A DNA stretch of 57,062 bases from a virus. The stretch spans positions 1 through 57,062 of IMG/VR virus record IMGVR_UViG_3300010430_000045; one strand, given 5' to 3'. This document shows, one piece after another, positions 31,792 through 40,621 of this stretch. A program made the translations under genes and the position numbers. The notes beneath the pieces were generated by a model. That model searched no databases, had not been told where the DNA came from, and saw only the letters and a program-made list of their open reading frames with translations. The stretch's first letter is position 1. Each line of letters opens with the position of its first letter.

Positions 31792-31826
31792 GCCCTCGGC
31801 GGTAGTCGTCGGGGGCTTTCGCTTTT
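31792..31826 (+). terminator. Rho-independent terminator
   Basis: GCCCTCGGC-ggtagtc-GTCGGGGGC forms a 9-bp stem with two G-U pairs. It is followed by TTTCGCTTTT. Confidence 0.65.
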
Positions 31827-31874
31827 GACAAATACTCGCTGGCGTGCTCGACTGGATACCAGCGAGGTGACCTC

Positions 31875-32942
31875 ATGAGCGATAAGTCGTCAAGCCTGTG
31901 GCTGCAAAAGAAAACCGATACGAGGGAGGTCGGCGACCGCGTCGTCAAAGATCTCTCGCTGCCCATCGAAATCAAGGCCGACATCCAGAAGCGCGAGTTG
32001 ACCGCGTACGCGTCGGTCTTCGACGTCCTCGATCGACAGGGCGATATCGTCCGCCGGGGCGCCTTCGAGAAGACGATCAAAGAAGACTTCAACCGCGTGA
32101 AGGTGCTGTATCAGCACGACACGCACCGCCCCATCGGCAAGCCCGTGTTTATGGGCGAAGACTCGAAGGGGTTGCTCACCGTCAGCCGCATCGCCCAGGT
32201 GCCCGATGGTGATCTCGCTCTCAGGCTTGCTGCCGAGGGTATCCTCGACCGGATGTCCATTGGCTTCGAGGTTCGGGAGGCGAAGGAATTCGAGGACGAG
32301 GAGCTTCGCTCTCAGCTCAGCGGGATCGCCGCCCTGTTCCCGATGTTCAACCTCCTTGACCTGAAGCTGTGGGAGTACAGCCCGGTCACGTTCGCTGCCA
32401 ACGACGAGGCCGACATCTTGGCCGTCCGTAGTGCGGGTGGGCTCTGGGTCGGCATGTCGTACAAGGGGCAAACCGTCGTGGCTCCTGATCCGGGCGTTGC
32501 CGTCTCGACCGAGGTCGTTGGGGCTGAGGTCAAAGACGACAAGCTCGTGGCGACCGTCGAGGTCAAGGTCTTCGTCGCCGGCGACATGGTCGCCTGGGGC
32601 GAGAGGTCCGGGCGTGTCCTCTCGGTGAGCGACGACGGGCTCTCGGTCAGCCTCCAGATCTACGAGGACGGAGAGCCGACCTCCGAGGTCGAAGATGTCC
32701 GTAGTGCGGAACTATCCGAGGTCGAAGTGGAGGTGGCGGAGGCGGCTTCTCCGGACCAGGAAACCACCGATACTGACGCCGACCCGGCGACCCCGGAAGG
32801 GGCTGATGCCCCCGACGACACACATTGCACGGCTTGCGGCAAAGCGCTTGCGGTGCTATCCGTAGATGATGAAACCAAGGCCGACGACCTGTCATGGGCG
32901 AGCGGTCTCGTGAACGAACTGCGCTCGCTCGCGCGGTCTTGA
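31875..32942 (+). CDS. HK97-family prohead protease (S78) with a C-terminal acidic, scaffold-like extension
   Basis: Track ORF of 355 aa with GAGGTGA upstream. Protease motifs are LTAYASVFDVLDRQGDIVRRGAF, LYQHDTHRPIGK and DRMSIGF. The gene lies directly upstream of the capsid gene. Confidence 0.8.
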   Translation: MSDKSSSLWLQKKTDTREVGDRVVKDLSLPIEIKADIQKRELTAYASVFDVLDRQGDIVRRGAFEKTIKEDFNRVKVLYQHDTHRPIGKPVFMGEDSKGLLTVSRIAQVPDGDLALRLAAEGILDRMSIGFEVREAKEFEDEELRSQLSGIAALFPMFNLLDLKLWEYSPVTFAANDEADILAVRSAGGLWVGMSYKGQTVVAPDPGVAVSTEVVGAEVKDDKLVATVEVKVFVAGDMVAWGERSGRVLSVSDDGLSVSLQIYEDGEPTSEVEDVRSAELSEVEVEVAEAASPDQETTDTDADPATPEGADAPDDTHCTACGKALAVLSVDDETKADDLSWASGLVNELRSLARS

Positions 32943-32949
32943 ACAGGGA

Positions 32950-34401
32950 ATGGACATGAGCCAAACGACACCCGAGCAGGTCAAAGAAGATCTCGCGGTC
33001 GCCGTCAAGGATCTGGGCGTGAAGCTCGGGACCTACGAGGAGCGCATCGCCAACAACGCCAAGATCGGCGACGATCTCCGCGAGGAGATGAAGTCGGTCG
33101 AGACCCGCGTCAAAGAGCTGCACACGACTCTCGTCGAGATGCAGAAGGAAGCGGGACGCCTCGATCCCAACATCCGGAACGAGGCCGTCACCATTGGCCA
33201 GCTCCTGGTCAGCCACGACAGCTACAAGTCGTTCAAGCCTGGCAGCGGACCGCAGAACGAGTCCAGCAACATCCCTGTCGAGGGCGGGTTCAACCAGTAC
33301 CGCAAGGACCTCACGACCACGACCGGCGGTGCTGGCATCGTGGCTCACCGAGACCCGCGGATGGTCGACGTCAGGTTTCGCCCCCTGACTCTCCGCGACG
33401 TCATCCCGACTTTTCCGATCGGCAGCAACGCCGTGGACTACGTCAAAGAGACGCGGTTCAACCAGCTGATGGGCCAGCTCACCGCGACCGCCGCGGCTGC
33501 CCAGGACACCATCGCAGTCGACAACGTCAACGGATTCTACGTGGGTCAGTCCGTGACCCTCGCTCCTGGTGAGGCGGACGAAGAGACGCTGATCATCAAG
33601 GCGGCAGGGATCACGATCACCGACACCGACACCAGTGCCGGTACCATCGAGTTCACAACGAACCTCGCCAACGAGCAAACCGCCGACACGCTGGTCGTCT
33701 CCGATACCTTCGTGTTCACGCCCGAGGCGAAGCTGAAGCCTCGAGCCGACATGGAGGTCGAGCTGCTCACCGCCAGCGTCAAGACCCTGGCTCACTACAT
33801 GGCGGCCACTCGGCAGATCCTCGCCGACGAGCCCGGTCTCCGTCAGCACGTGGACATGAGGCTGATGCAGGGTCTCGGCCTCGCCGAAGAGACCCAGCTG
33901 CTCTACGGTGACGGCACCACGCAGCAGCTCCAGGGCATCATGACCGACAGCGACACGCAGACCTACAGCTGGTCTTCGGGTCTCTCGGGCGACAGCAAGC
34001 TGGACGCCATCCGTCGGGCCATGACGCTGTCGATGTTGGCTCACCTGCCGGTCGATTCCGTGGTCGTTCACCCGTCCGACTGGGAGCAGATCGAGACGGT
34101 CAAGGGTTCCGACGGCCACTACATTTGGCAGGCGGTTCCTGGCGGCGGCATCACCCCGATGGTGTGGCGCGTGCCCGTCATCGTCACCACGGCGATCAAC
34201 AGCGGTGACGCCCTGGTCGGCTCGTTCAATCTCGGCTGCACCCTCTGGGACCGCGAGGATTCGAACATCCGCCTGAGCGAATCCCACAAGGATTTCTTCC
34301 AGCGGAATATGGTCGCGATTCTGGCCGAGCAGCGGCTGGCCTTCACGATGAACCGTCCGGAAGCTTTCGTCGCCATCGACTTCGACAGCGCCCCGGCGTG
34401 A
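32950..34401 (+). CDS. Major capsid protein, HK97 fold, with an N-terminal coiled-coil delta domain
   Basis: Track ORF of 483 aa. The second ATG, at 32956, has better SD spacing. The N-terminus is coiled-coil, and the position and size are typical of an HK97-like capsid protein. Confidence 0.85.
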   Translation: MDMSQTTPEQVKEDLAVAVKDLGVKLGTYEERIANNAKIGDDLREEMKSVETRVKELHTTLVEMQKEAGRLDPNIRNEAVTIGQLLVSHDSYKSFKPGSGPQNESSNIPVEGGFNQYRKDLTTTTGGAGIVAHRDPRMVDVRFRPLTLRDVIPTFPIGSNAVDYVKETRFNQLMGQLTATAAAAQDTIAVDNVNGFYVGQSVTLAPGEADEETLIIKAAGITITDTDTSAGTIEFTTNLANEQTADTLVVSDTFVFTPEAKLKPRADMEVELLTASVKTLAHYMAATRQILADEPGLRQHVDMRLMQGLGLAEETQLLYGDGTTQQLQGIMTDSDTQTYSWSSGLSGDSKLDAIRRAMTLSMLAHLPVDSVVVHPSDWEQIETVKGSDGHYIWQAVPGGGITPMVWRVPVIVTTAINSGDALVGSFNLGCTLWDREDSNIRLSESHKDFFQRNMVAILAEQRLAFTMNRPEAFVAIDFDSAPA

Positions 34402-34413
34402 TGACCTGAGTCC

Positions 34414-34472
34414 GTAGGGGAGTCGCGGTGCTGTACCGCCACTCTCAGGGAATGTTCGGCGACGACCCCTAC
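34414..34472 (+). other. Nested stem-loops after the capsid gene
   Basis: An outer GTAGGGG (34414-20) / CCCCTAC (34466-72) pairing encloses GCGGT-gctgt-ACCGC (34425-39). There is no U-tract. Confidence 0.3.
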
Positions 34473-34494
34473 TGACTCCACCTGAGGAACGACC

Positions 34495-34971
34495 ATGGCG
34501 AACACACTCGACAACAACGCCATCGGAGAAGGTCTGCGATCAGCCCTCGCCCCGGTGGGCCATAGCGGAAGCCAGGAGATGCTGGCGCAACAGAAGCGTG
34601 TGGCCGCGGCTCTCACGCCGAAGCTCACGCTCGCGTTCGGCACCGAGGCGGCCAACGTCATCGAGGCCACGCTGGCACTCAAGAACGGTGCTGGCGTTGC
34701 CATCACTGAGGCGGCTCACGTCCGCATCCAGATCTTCGAGGCAGCAACCGGGCTGGCCGCAGCTGTGGCCGCGGTGTCCGCGACGGTGACCACAGGAACG
34801 GCGATCCTCGGTGACGCCCTTCCGCACGGCATCTTCGAGACGACCGCGGCAGGAGCACTGGTGCTCGACATCACTGACGAGGCTGGTGCCAGCGGCAAGA
34901 CCTTCTGGGTCTTCGCTCAGGTCACTGGTGTCAACGGTGCCGTCGCGTACGGGACCGTAACCTTCGACTAA
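34495..34971 (+). CDS. Post-capsid structural protein, paralog 1 (possible head decoration protein)
   Basis: Track ORF of 158 aa with GAGGA upstream. It shares an identical 15-aa block, LDITDEAGASGKTFW, and overall similarity with the next gene. Confidence 0.6.
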   Translation: MANTLDNNAIGEGLRSALAPVGHSGSQEMLAQQKRVAAALTPKLTLAFGTEAANVIEATLALKNGAGVAITEAAHVRIQIFEAATGLAAAVAAVSATVTTGTAILGDALPHGIFETTAAGALVLDITDEAGASGKTFWVFAQVTGVNGAVAYGTVTFD

Positions 34972-35009
34972 TCGCGATCTGACAAGCGGCGGAACGCCCA
35001 GGAGTAAAC

Positions 35010-35501
35010 ATGGCTCTCGATAATGACGCACTCGGTGTTCTGCTCGCAGACACCCGAATCGACACCGACGCCGGAACTGACATCGAGGTTCAGGCTTTTC
35101 AAGAGAACATCACGCTCGCGACGGCCGAGGTTGCGGCGCTGTCGCCGTCCATCGCGCTGACCGTTGGCGACGAGGCGGCGGACATTCGCATCGTGACCGG
35201 CCAGCTCCAACAGGGCGACGGCACCGCCATCGCCGAGATCGTGGACTTTCACGCCTGGTTGGTCGAGGACGCGACGGGCATTCTCGCTCTCGTTGCAGCC
35301 GCATCCATCAAGGACGGCGGCGTCGGTACCGAAGTCTACGGCGAAGCGACGCCGAACTACTACGGCAAGACCGATGCCAGTGGTAACTTCGACCTCGACA
35401 TCACGGACGAGGCGGGCGCGAGCGGCAAGACGTTCTGGCTCCACGTCCAGCCTGTCGGCATCCTCGGTGTCGAGACTCGCGCGTCGATGGCGTTCGACTA
35501 A
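35010..35501 (+). CDS. Post-capsid structural protein, paralog 2
   Basis: Track ORF of 163 aa with AGGAG 5 nt upstream. It is a paralog of 34495..34971 (LDITDEAGASGKTFW; both end in ...FD). Confidence 0.6.
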   Translation: MALDNDALGVLLADTRIDTDAGTDIEVQAFQENITLATAEVAALSPSIALTVGDEAADIRIVTGQLQQGDGTAIAEIVDFHAWLVEDATGILALVAAASIKDGGVGTEVYGEATPNYYGKTDASGNFDLDITDEAGASGKTFWLHVQPVGILGVETRASMAFD

Positions 35502-35666
35502 GAACGAGCCCCGTCGGCCTGTGGCAGTGCACGGCCCGAACGACGGTGACCACGGGGAAAGTCCTGAAGACGCTTGCGGCCGAGTGGCCGCTCACCGGAC
35601 ACTGCGCTTCGGTGGTCAACGGGGTCGCACCCTGGAGTGTCGCTGGAAATTGAAGGAGGAGAATAA

Positions 35667-36005
35667 ATGCCAGTCATCGAGCTTTTGAAGCCTACCGTCA
35701 TCAGGGGGCGCAAGCGCCTGAAGGGTGAGAAGATCACCGTCTCGAAGTGGGTCGCCCAGGCGATGCTCGGCAGCAATCCTCCACGGGCCATCAAGCCCGG
35801 CACTCCGACCCACGTGAAGTCGAAGAAGGTCGCCCCTCGGCTCGGCTACCGAATCTCGATGGAACGGTTGCTCGAGATGCGTAAGGCCGAGGAGTTCAAG
35901 GCGGCCCGCCAGATCATGCGCGCCCACTACGGAATCAAGGCAGCCGGCTGGGACGACTTGCTGGAGAAGGCAGCCCTCGTTGTGCCGAAGACTGACGCTG
36001 GGTAA
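35667..36005 (+). CDS. Hypothetical basic protein
   Basis: Track ORF of 112 aa with a strong SD (GAAGGAGGAG) 6 nt upstream. Confidence 0.6.
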   Translation: MPVIELLKPTVIRGRKRLKGEKITVSKWVAQAMLGSNPPRAIKPGTPTHVKSKKVAPRLGYRISMERLLEMRKAEEFKAARQIMRAHYGIKAAGWDDLLEKAALVVPKTDAG

Positions 36006-36011
36006 CGGCCC

Positions 36012-36572
36012 ATGACCACGTCGATCCCCGAGAAGATCACTGCCGTCTACGACCGATACGAACTCACGGTCTCGGAAGCGCGCAAGATCCTGAAGGTCGA
36101 GGACTGTGAGTCGGACGAGCTGATTCGACTCGCCATCGATGCCGCCAAAGAGGAAGCGGACGCCTACTTGAACAACCCGTTCTGGGAGGTCGCCTCGCTG
36201 AGCTTCGACGACATGACGAACTGGCCTGGCAACCGGGTCGTGTCCGACCTCGAAACCCAGGGGTCCGAGACCGACCCAGGCACGGACATAATCTACAATA
36301 CCGAGGCCGCTCAACTCTCCTCGCCGAGGCTGAATCACTCCGTCCCCGACATTTGGTCGTACCCCAGGGTCGAGCTCGACATTCCGGCGCCCGTCAGGCT
36401 GGGCGTCATCAAGTACGTCGAGCTTATCCTCAACGCTCCGCCGGAGGGCGTGTCCGAGGAGAAGATCGGAGACTGGTCCGTGAAGTACCTGAACTTCGTT
36501 TCCAATACCGACCGGGCCGCCTTCGTCCGGGCAACCTTCTGGGATCAATTTCGCCTCAACGTAGGGTTCTGA
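36012..36572 (+). CDS. Head-tail connector (gp6-like adaptor)
   Basis: Track ORF of 186 aa. The N-terminal pattern TVSEARKILKVEDCESDELIRLAIDAAKEEADAYLNNPF is typical of Phage_connect_1 / gp6-like proteins. Confidence 0.6.
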   Translation: MTTSIPEKITAVYDRYELTVSEARKILKVEDCESDELIRLAIDAAKEEADAYLNNPFWEVASLSFDDMTNWPGNRVVSDLETQGSETDPGTDIIYNTEAAQLSSPRLNHSVPDIWSYPRVELDIPAPVRLGVIKYVELILNAPPEGVSEEKIGDWSVKYLNFVSNTDRAAFVRATFWDQFRLNVGF

Positions 36573-36705
36573 GATGGCCCGGAGAAGCACGGAGAAGCCA
36601 GGTAGATTCGCCGAGGCTAAAGTGCACTCCGGGAGTCCGCACCACAGCCTCGCTGTGTGACACGTCCAGCTCGGGGTGCTACAGTCCCACCTGGGAGGTG
36701 ACTCG

Positions 36706-37182
36706 GTGCCGATCGTCAAGCCAATCGTCAAAACGAAGATCACGGACCACGGGTGGAACATGGCTCTGCGGGCCATGACGAAAAGCCCAGTGGCTGACCT
36801 CGAGGTTGGTCTTCTGGACGACACAAGCGACATCGCCGAATATGGCTACTACAACGAGTTCGGCCTGGGCGTTCCTGAGCGCTCGTTCATCCGGAGCACG
36901 TTCGACGAGAACCGCACCAAGTACGAGGCGATGCTGGAGAAGGCGTTGGAGCAGGGGCAGAGGCGAGGCGTTCCTCCGACCCGTGGCTTCCTGAAGCTCG
37001 CGATCAAAATGCACAACGACATCAAGCGCAAGATCACGAAGCTCCGCTCCCCGAAGAACGCTGACGCGACGGTCGCAGCGAAGGGCAGCTCGAACCCGTT
37101 GATCGATACCGGGGCCATGCGGAACGCGATCCGTTGGCGAATCTTGGCGAAGGGTTCGCAAGTAAGTTCAGGTGGTAGCTGA
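36706..37182 (+). CDS. HK97 gp10-like head-tail joining / neck protein
   Basis: Track ORF 36676..37182(+). The GTG at 36706 has GGAGG 7 nt upstream. Motifs are YYNEFGLGVPERSFIRSTF and NPLIDTGAMRNAI. Confidence 0.6.
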   Translation: MPIVKPIVKTKITDHGWNMALRAMTKSPVADLEVGLLDDTSDIAEYGYYNEFGLGVPERSFIRSTFDENRTKYEAMLEKALEQGQRRGVPPTRGFLKLAIKMHNDIKRKITKLRSPKNADATVAAKGSSNPLIDTGAMRNAIRWRILAKGSQVSSGGS

Positions 37183-37541
37183 TGCTGGGTGAACAGCCGC
37201 TCAACGGTAGACGCTACGGCGAGGGTTCGTACGTCAACGGAGACTGGGTAAACGGACCCTGGGAGGACATCGCCTTTCGTGGTGCGATCCAGCCCTTGTC
37301 CGACCGAGACACGCAACAGCTCCCCGAAGCGTGGAGGACATCAGCCCGCTGGAAGCTGTACACCAGGACCCGCTTGCGGCCAGTGTCCGTGAACGACCAA
37401 ACCACCGGAGACCGCATCTACTGGGACGGCAAAGAGCTGCTCGTCGCGGCTGAGTCCAACCAGTTCGGCACACCGCGCGGACGCCGGTTGAAGCACTATC
37501 GCTATGCCCTGATCGAGCAGGAGCTTGACGATGAGCCGTAA
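37182..37541 (+). CDS. Probable head-closure / neck protein
   Basis: Track ORF of 119 aa with a TGATG overlap. The call rests on position and on a GAIQPLSDRD...WKLYTR pattern resembling head-tail adaptor families. Confidence 0.4.
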   Translation: MLGEQPLNGRRYGEGSYVNGDWVNGPWEDIAFRGAIQPLSDRDTQQLPEAWRTSARWKLYTRTRLRPVSVNDQTTGDRIYWDGKELLVAAESNQFGTPRGRRLKHYRYALIEQELDDEP

Positions 37542-38028
37542 CGTCGAGCGCACCGCATACGAGCTCGCCCTTCATGCGTGGGCCGAGTCCGTGGTCCCGT
37601 CCGGCTGGGACGTCATCTTCGCCGATGCCGACGGGGCGAGACCGAAGGCCAAATACGTGCTGCTCAACGTGATCGCTTTCTCGATGGTCGGACACGGCGA
37701 GAATCGTGTGCTGGACCAGGTGTTCGGTGACGAATGCCTCGGCGAGCTCCAGCACCACTACGAAGGCACGTGTTCGGTGGCAATCTTCGGCAGCTCCGCA
37801 AGGACGGTTGTCGAGACCCTGCGGAGATCGATCGACCTCCCGAGCGTGCAGGAATCAACCGGGGATGACGACTTGTCTTTGGTAGGTTCGTCCGATAGCT
37901 TGAATCAAACGGAGCTGGAAGGCACACGTTCGGTGCCGCGATTCCAGACCGATGTGTTTTTTCACTGGTCCGATGTCACCTATTACGAGGCCGAGGTGAT
38001 CGAGACTGTAACGATGACGAGGACCTGA
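37531..38028 (+). CDS. Probable tail terminator / neck protein
   Basis: Track ORF 37525..38028(+) begins at a TTG. The ATG at 37531 (MSRNVERTAYE...) is preferred. The gene lies immediately upstream of the sheath gene. Confidence 0.4.
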   Translation: MSRNVERTAYELALHAWAESVVPSGWDVIFADADGARPKAKYVLLNVIAFSMVGHGENRVLDQVFGDECLGELQHHYEGTCSVAIFGSSARTVVETLRRSIDLPSVQESTGDDDLSLVGSSDSLNQTELEGTRSVPRFQTDVFFHWSDVTYYEAEVIETVTMTRT

Positions 38029-38029
38029 G

Positions 38030-39379
38030 ATGGCAACCTTTGACGGAAACATCGTAGTTAACATCTCGCTCGATCCGGCTCCGGTCACCGAGCAGAACTT
38101 CAACGTCGTGCTGGTCGCCGGGTCCACGATGGGCGCTGGATTCACGGAGCGCTTGCGCCGCTACTCCAATGCGGCCGAAGCCGCAGCGGACACCGACCTC
38201 TCGGCAGCCCTGATCGCCGAGGTCGCCCAGGCATTCAGCCAGCGCCTGACCCCGAAGGAAGTCGCCATCGGTCGGGTCGACGGGACCACCGCCGCGGACG
38301 ACTACCTGGTGGACGGACTCGCCTCGGGAGCCATCGGAGACACGATCACGACCACCGTCTACGGACAATCCTACGTGTGGACCTCCGCGACCGGAGTCGA
38401 GACCGCAGGCGACATCACGGACGCCATCAAGATCGGACTCGATGCGCTGTCGATTCCTGGGCTCACCGTCACCGACAACGGCAACGACTTCAACTGCACC
38501 ACCGCCAACGCCGGGCAGCGGTTGAACGTCTCCGTCGCCGTGACCGGTGCTGCCACCGCAACCGCCACCCAGGCGGGCACCGGAGTCACGCTCTACGACG
38601 AGCTCGGCACCGTGGCGGCCGAGGATAATGACTGGTACTACGTCGTCCTCGAAAGCCGCGACGCCTGGGATATCTGGGAGGCCGCTCGCTACACCGAAGC
38701 GAACCGGAACTTCGGCGTGTTCCAATCCAACGACGCTGGCATCATCGCCGCGACCACGACCGACATCGCCGAGACCCTGAAGGACCTGAGCTACAGCAAG
38801 TGCTCGATCTGGTACTTCAGCTCCGACACCACGTACCTCGACACCGGCCTCGCCGCGAACCGGAGCGTGGTCGACCCGGACCTCGACTCCAGCACCTTCG
38901 CCAACGTCATCGTCTCCGGAGCAACGGCCGACGATGACAACCTGACCTCGACCCAAAAGTCGAACGCGCTGGGCAAGAACGCCAACCTGTTCCTGACCAA
39001 CCGCGGCACGGCCGTCACCGGAAACGGCAAGACTCCGTCCGGTGAGTGGATCGACGTGGTCATCTCGGCGGACTGGCTCGAGGCTCGCCTCGGTGAGGAT
39101 GCGTCGAACGCGATCATCGCCTACACGAACCGCGGCGAAAAGATCCCGTATACCGACCAGGGCATCAACGCGCTGGCAGCCTTGATCGAAGCTCGCCTCG
39201 ACCAGGGAGTCGCGGCCGGTCACTTCGTCGAGGACACGGCCAGCGTCAATCCTCCACTGCTCGCCGACGTGACCGCTGCTACCAGGGCCGCGCGTGAGCT
39301 GACTATCCCGTTCTCCGTGGAGCCGGCAGGGGCGATCCAGTTCCCGACGTTCAACGGTTACATCTCGCTGACCACGTAA
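38030..39379 (+). CDS. Tail sheath protein (DUF3383-like)
   Basis: Track ORF of 449 aa with GAGGA upstream. The C-terminal pattern GEWIDVVISADWLEARL...GEKIPYTDQGINALAALIEARL is sheath-like. A tube-like gene, a terminator, a chaperone and the tape measure follow, and baseplate J and spike genes are present. Confidence 0.65.
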   Translation: MATFDGNIVVNISLDPAPVTEQNFNVVLVAGSTMGAGFTERLRRYSNAAEAAADTDLSAALIAEVAQAFSQRLTPKEVAIGRVDGTTAADDYLVDGLASGAIGDTITTTVYGQSYVWTSATGVETAGDITDAIKIGLDALSIPGLTVTDNGNDFNCTTANAGQRLNVSVAVTGAATATATQAGTGVTLYDELGTVAAEDNDWYYVVLESRDAWDIWEAARYTEANRNFGVFQSNDAGIIAATTTDIAETLKDLSYSKCSIWYFSSDTTYLDTGLAANRSVVDPDLDSSTFANVIVSGATADDDNLTSTQKSNALGKNANLFLTNRGTAVTGNGKTPSGEWIDVVISADWLEARLGEDASNAIIAYTNRGEKIPYTDQGINALAALIEARLDQGVAAGHFVEDTASVNPPLLADVTAATRAARELTIPFSVEPAGAIQFPTFNGYISLTT

Positions 39380-39392
39380 TCAGGAGCAGGAC

Positions 39393-39821
39393 ATGGGCGC
39401 CAAGACCTACAGCTTCAAGCGATTCGCCATCGCCGTAAACAACGTGCCCGTCGAAGGGTTCCAGGACGGCGATGGTGTCGTCGCCGAACGTGCCGCGGAC
39501 GACACCGCCATGGTCCAGGGCAACGACGGCGAAACGATGTTCTCTCAGCTCAACAACACGTCGGGAACGATCACGTTCACGCTGCTCTATTCCTCGCTCT
39601 CGAACGACAAGTTCCGCGAGATCGCAGCGAACGGATCTCTCGTTTCCATCCTGATCCGGGACCTCGTCGGAGGCACGAAGATCAAAGGGACGAACTGCCG
39701 CGTGATGAAAGTTCCGAGCGTGACACTCGGCCGCGAAGGCGGAACCCTGGAATGGGGTTTCAACGTCGCCGAGCTCGTCATCGAAACCCGCGGTCTCAAG
39801 AACGAGACGGCAACCCCATGA
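39393..39821 (+). CDS. Tail tube protein (DUF3277-like)
   Basis: Track ORF of 142 aa with AGGAG upstream. Its size and its position directly after the sheath gene support the call. Confidence 0.55.
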   Translation: MGAKTYSFKRFAIAVNNVPVEGFQDGDGVVAERAADDTAMVQGNDGETMFSQLNNTSGTITFTLLYSSLSNDKFREIAANGSLVSILIRDLVGGTKIKGTNCRVMKVPSVTLGREGGTLEWGFNVAELVIETRGLKNETATP

Positions 39822-39860
39822 CGGGGTAGCGCCGCACTTGCGTTTGCGGTAATCCTACGG

Positions 39861-39891
39861 CCCCGGTCGAGCGCAAGCGACCGGGGTTTTT
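39861..39891 (+). terminator. Rho-independent terminator
   Basis: CCCCGGTCG-agcgcaag-CGACCGGGG forms a perfect 9-bp stem and is followed by TTTTT. Confidence 0.85.
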
Positions 39892-39900
39892 CTGTACCTG

Positions 39901-40416
39901 ATGGAGGACAACATGCGGCAAGAACACACGACGATCATCAACGATTGCGACGGCACGAAGCATACCTACGAGCTGCTCCAGCACCCGGCCACGAAGGGCC
40001 TGATCCTGTTCCAGCGAATCCTCTCTTCCGTGGCTCACCCGCTCGGAGCGCTGGTCTCAGCCTTCCAGAAGTCCGGCTCCCTTCCCGACTCGTTCGAGGG
40101 CGAGGCGATGGTGAAGCTGTTGCTCGACGACGGCCTGGACGCACAAGTCCTTGGCGTGGCCGCTGACCTCATGATCCAGAAGGTCGGCGACAACATGGAC
40201 CTGTTCCACGAGCTGCTCCGCTACACGACCCGAGATGGTATGGCGCTGTCCGACCAATCGGTCTTCGACGAGGCGTACCAGGGGAACTACGGCGAGCTGA
40301 TGCAGGCCATCTCCTGGTCAGTCAAAATCAACTTCTCGTCGATGATGGGGGCGGCCTCGTTCCCTTTCGGACGAAAGGCCGGAGCCGTCTCGGCCCTGAC
40401 GGGCAAGCAAAGCTGA
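39901..40416 (+). CDS. Tail assembly chaperone (gpG-like)
   Basis: Track ORF of 171 aa. The ATG at 39913 has better SD spacing (GGAGGA then 4 nt). It lies immediately upstream of the tape measure gene and carries a slippery heptamer near its 3' end. Confidence 0.65.
   Translation: MEDNMRQEHTTIINDCDGTKHTYELLQHPATKGLILFQRILSSVAHPLGALVSAFQKSGSLPDSFEGEAMVKLLLDDGLDAQVLGVAADLMIQKVGDNMDLFHELLRYTTRDGMALSDQSVFDEAYQGNYGELMQAISWSVKINFSSMMGAASFPFGRKAGAVSALTGKQS
40362..40395 (+). promoter_or_regulatory. -1 programmed ribosomal frameshift signal (slippery heptamer + downstream hairpin)
   Basis: C_CCT_TTC lies at 40362-68 in the zero frame (F154-P155-F156) and fits X_XXY_YYZ. After an 8-nt spacer, GGCCG (40377-81) pairs with CGGCC (40391-95). 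Confidence 0.55.
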
Positions 40417-40619
40417 GCGCCATCTACGGCCAGGGTGACGACCTCGACATCAATTGGCTGATATGGCGACCCGTGCTCAACGGTGCCGCCACGTTGGTCG
40501 AGGTGGAGCGTCACTGGTCGGCTCTCGATGTACTCCAGTACGTCTGCGTAGTTGAAATCGAGAACGAAGCCGAGGAGTATAGAACGAAGCTCGCAGAACG
40601 GATCGCGGGCGAGGAGTAG
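40362..40619 (+). CDS. -1 frame extension of the tail assembly chaperone (gpGT-like fusion product)
   Basis: The -1 frame is open from 40167 to the TAG at 40617-19 and has no start codon of its own. Its translation, ...SAIYGQGDDLDINWLIWRPVLNGAATLVEVERHWSALDVLQYVCVVEIENEAEEYRTKLAERIAGEE, ends 2 nt before the tape measure ATG. Confidence 0.5.
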   Translation, partial: PFRTKGRSRLGPDGQAKLSAIYGQGDDLDINWLIWRPVLNGAATLVEVERHWSALDVLQYVCVVEIENEAEEYRTKLAERIAGEE

Positions 40620-40621
40620 GA

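Noticed and set aside
35502-35666. A tRNA or other known RNA gene in the larger spacers (14808-15308, 35502-35666, 31729-31874)
   Set aside because: By eye I could find no cloverleaf, no GTTCRANNC T-loop box and no CCA-proximal acceptor pairing. The spacers contain only simple hairpins. A tRNAscan-SE/Infernal run would be the definitive check.
36581-36600. A tandem 10-bp repeat, GGAGAAGCAC GGAGAAGCCA, in the spacer before the gp10-like gene
   Set aside because: There are only two imperfect copies, it is purine-rich and SD-like, and it has no partner elsewhere. It is too little to call a functional repeat.
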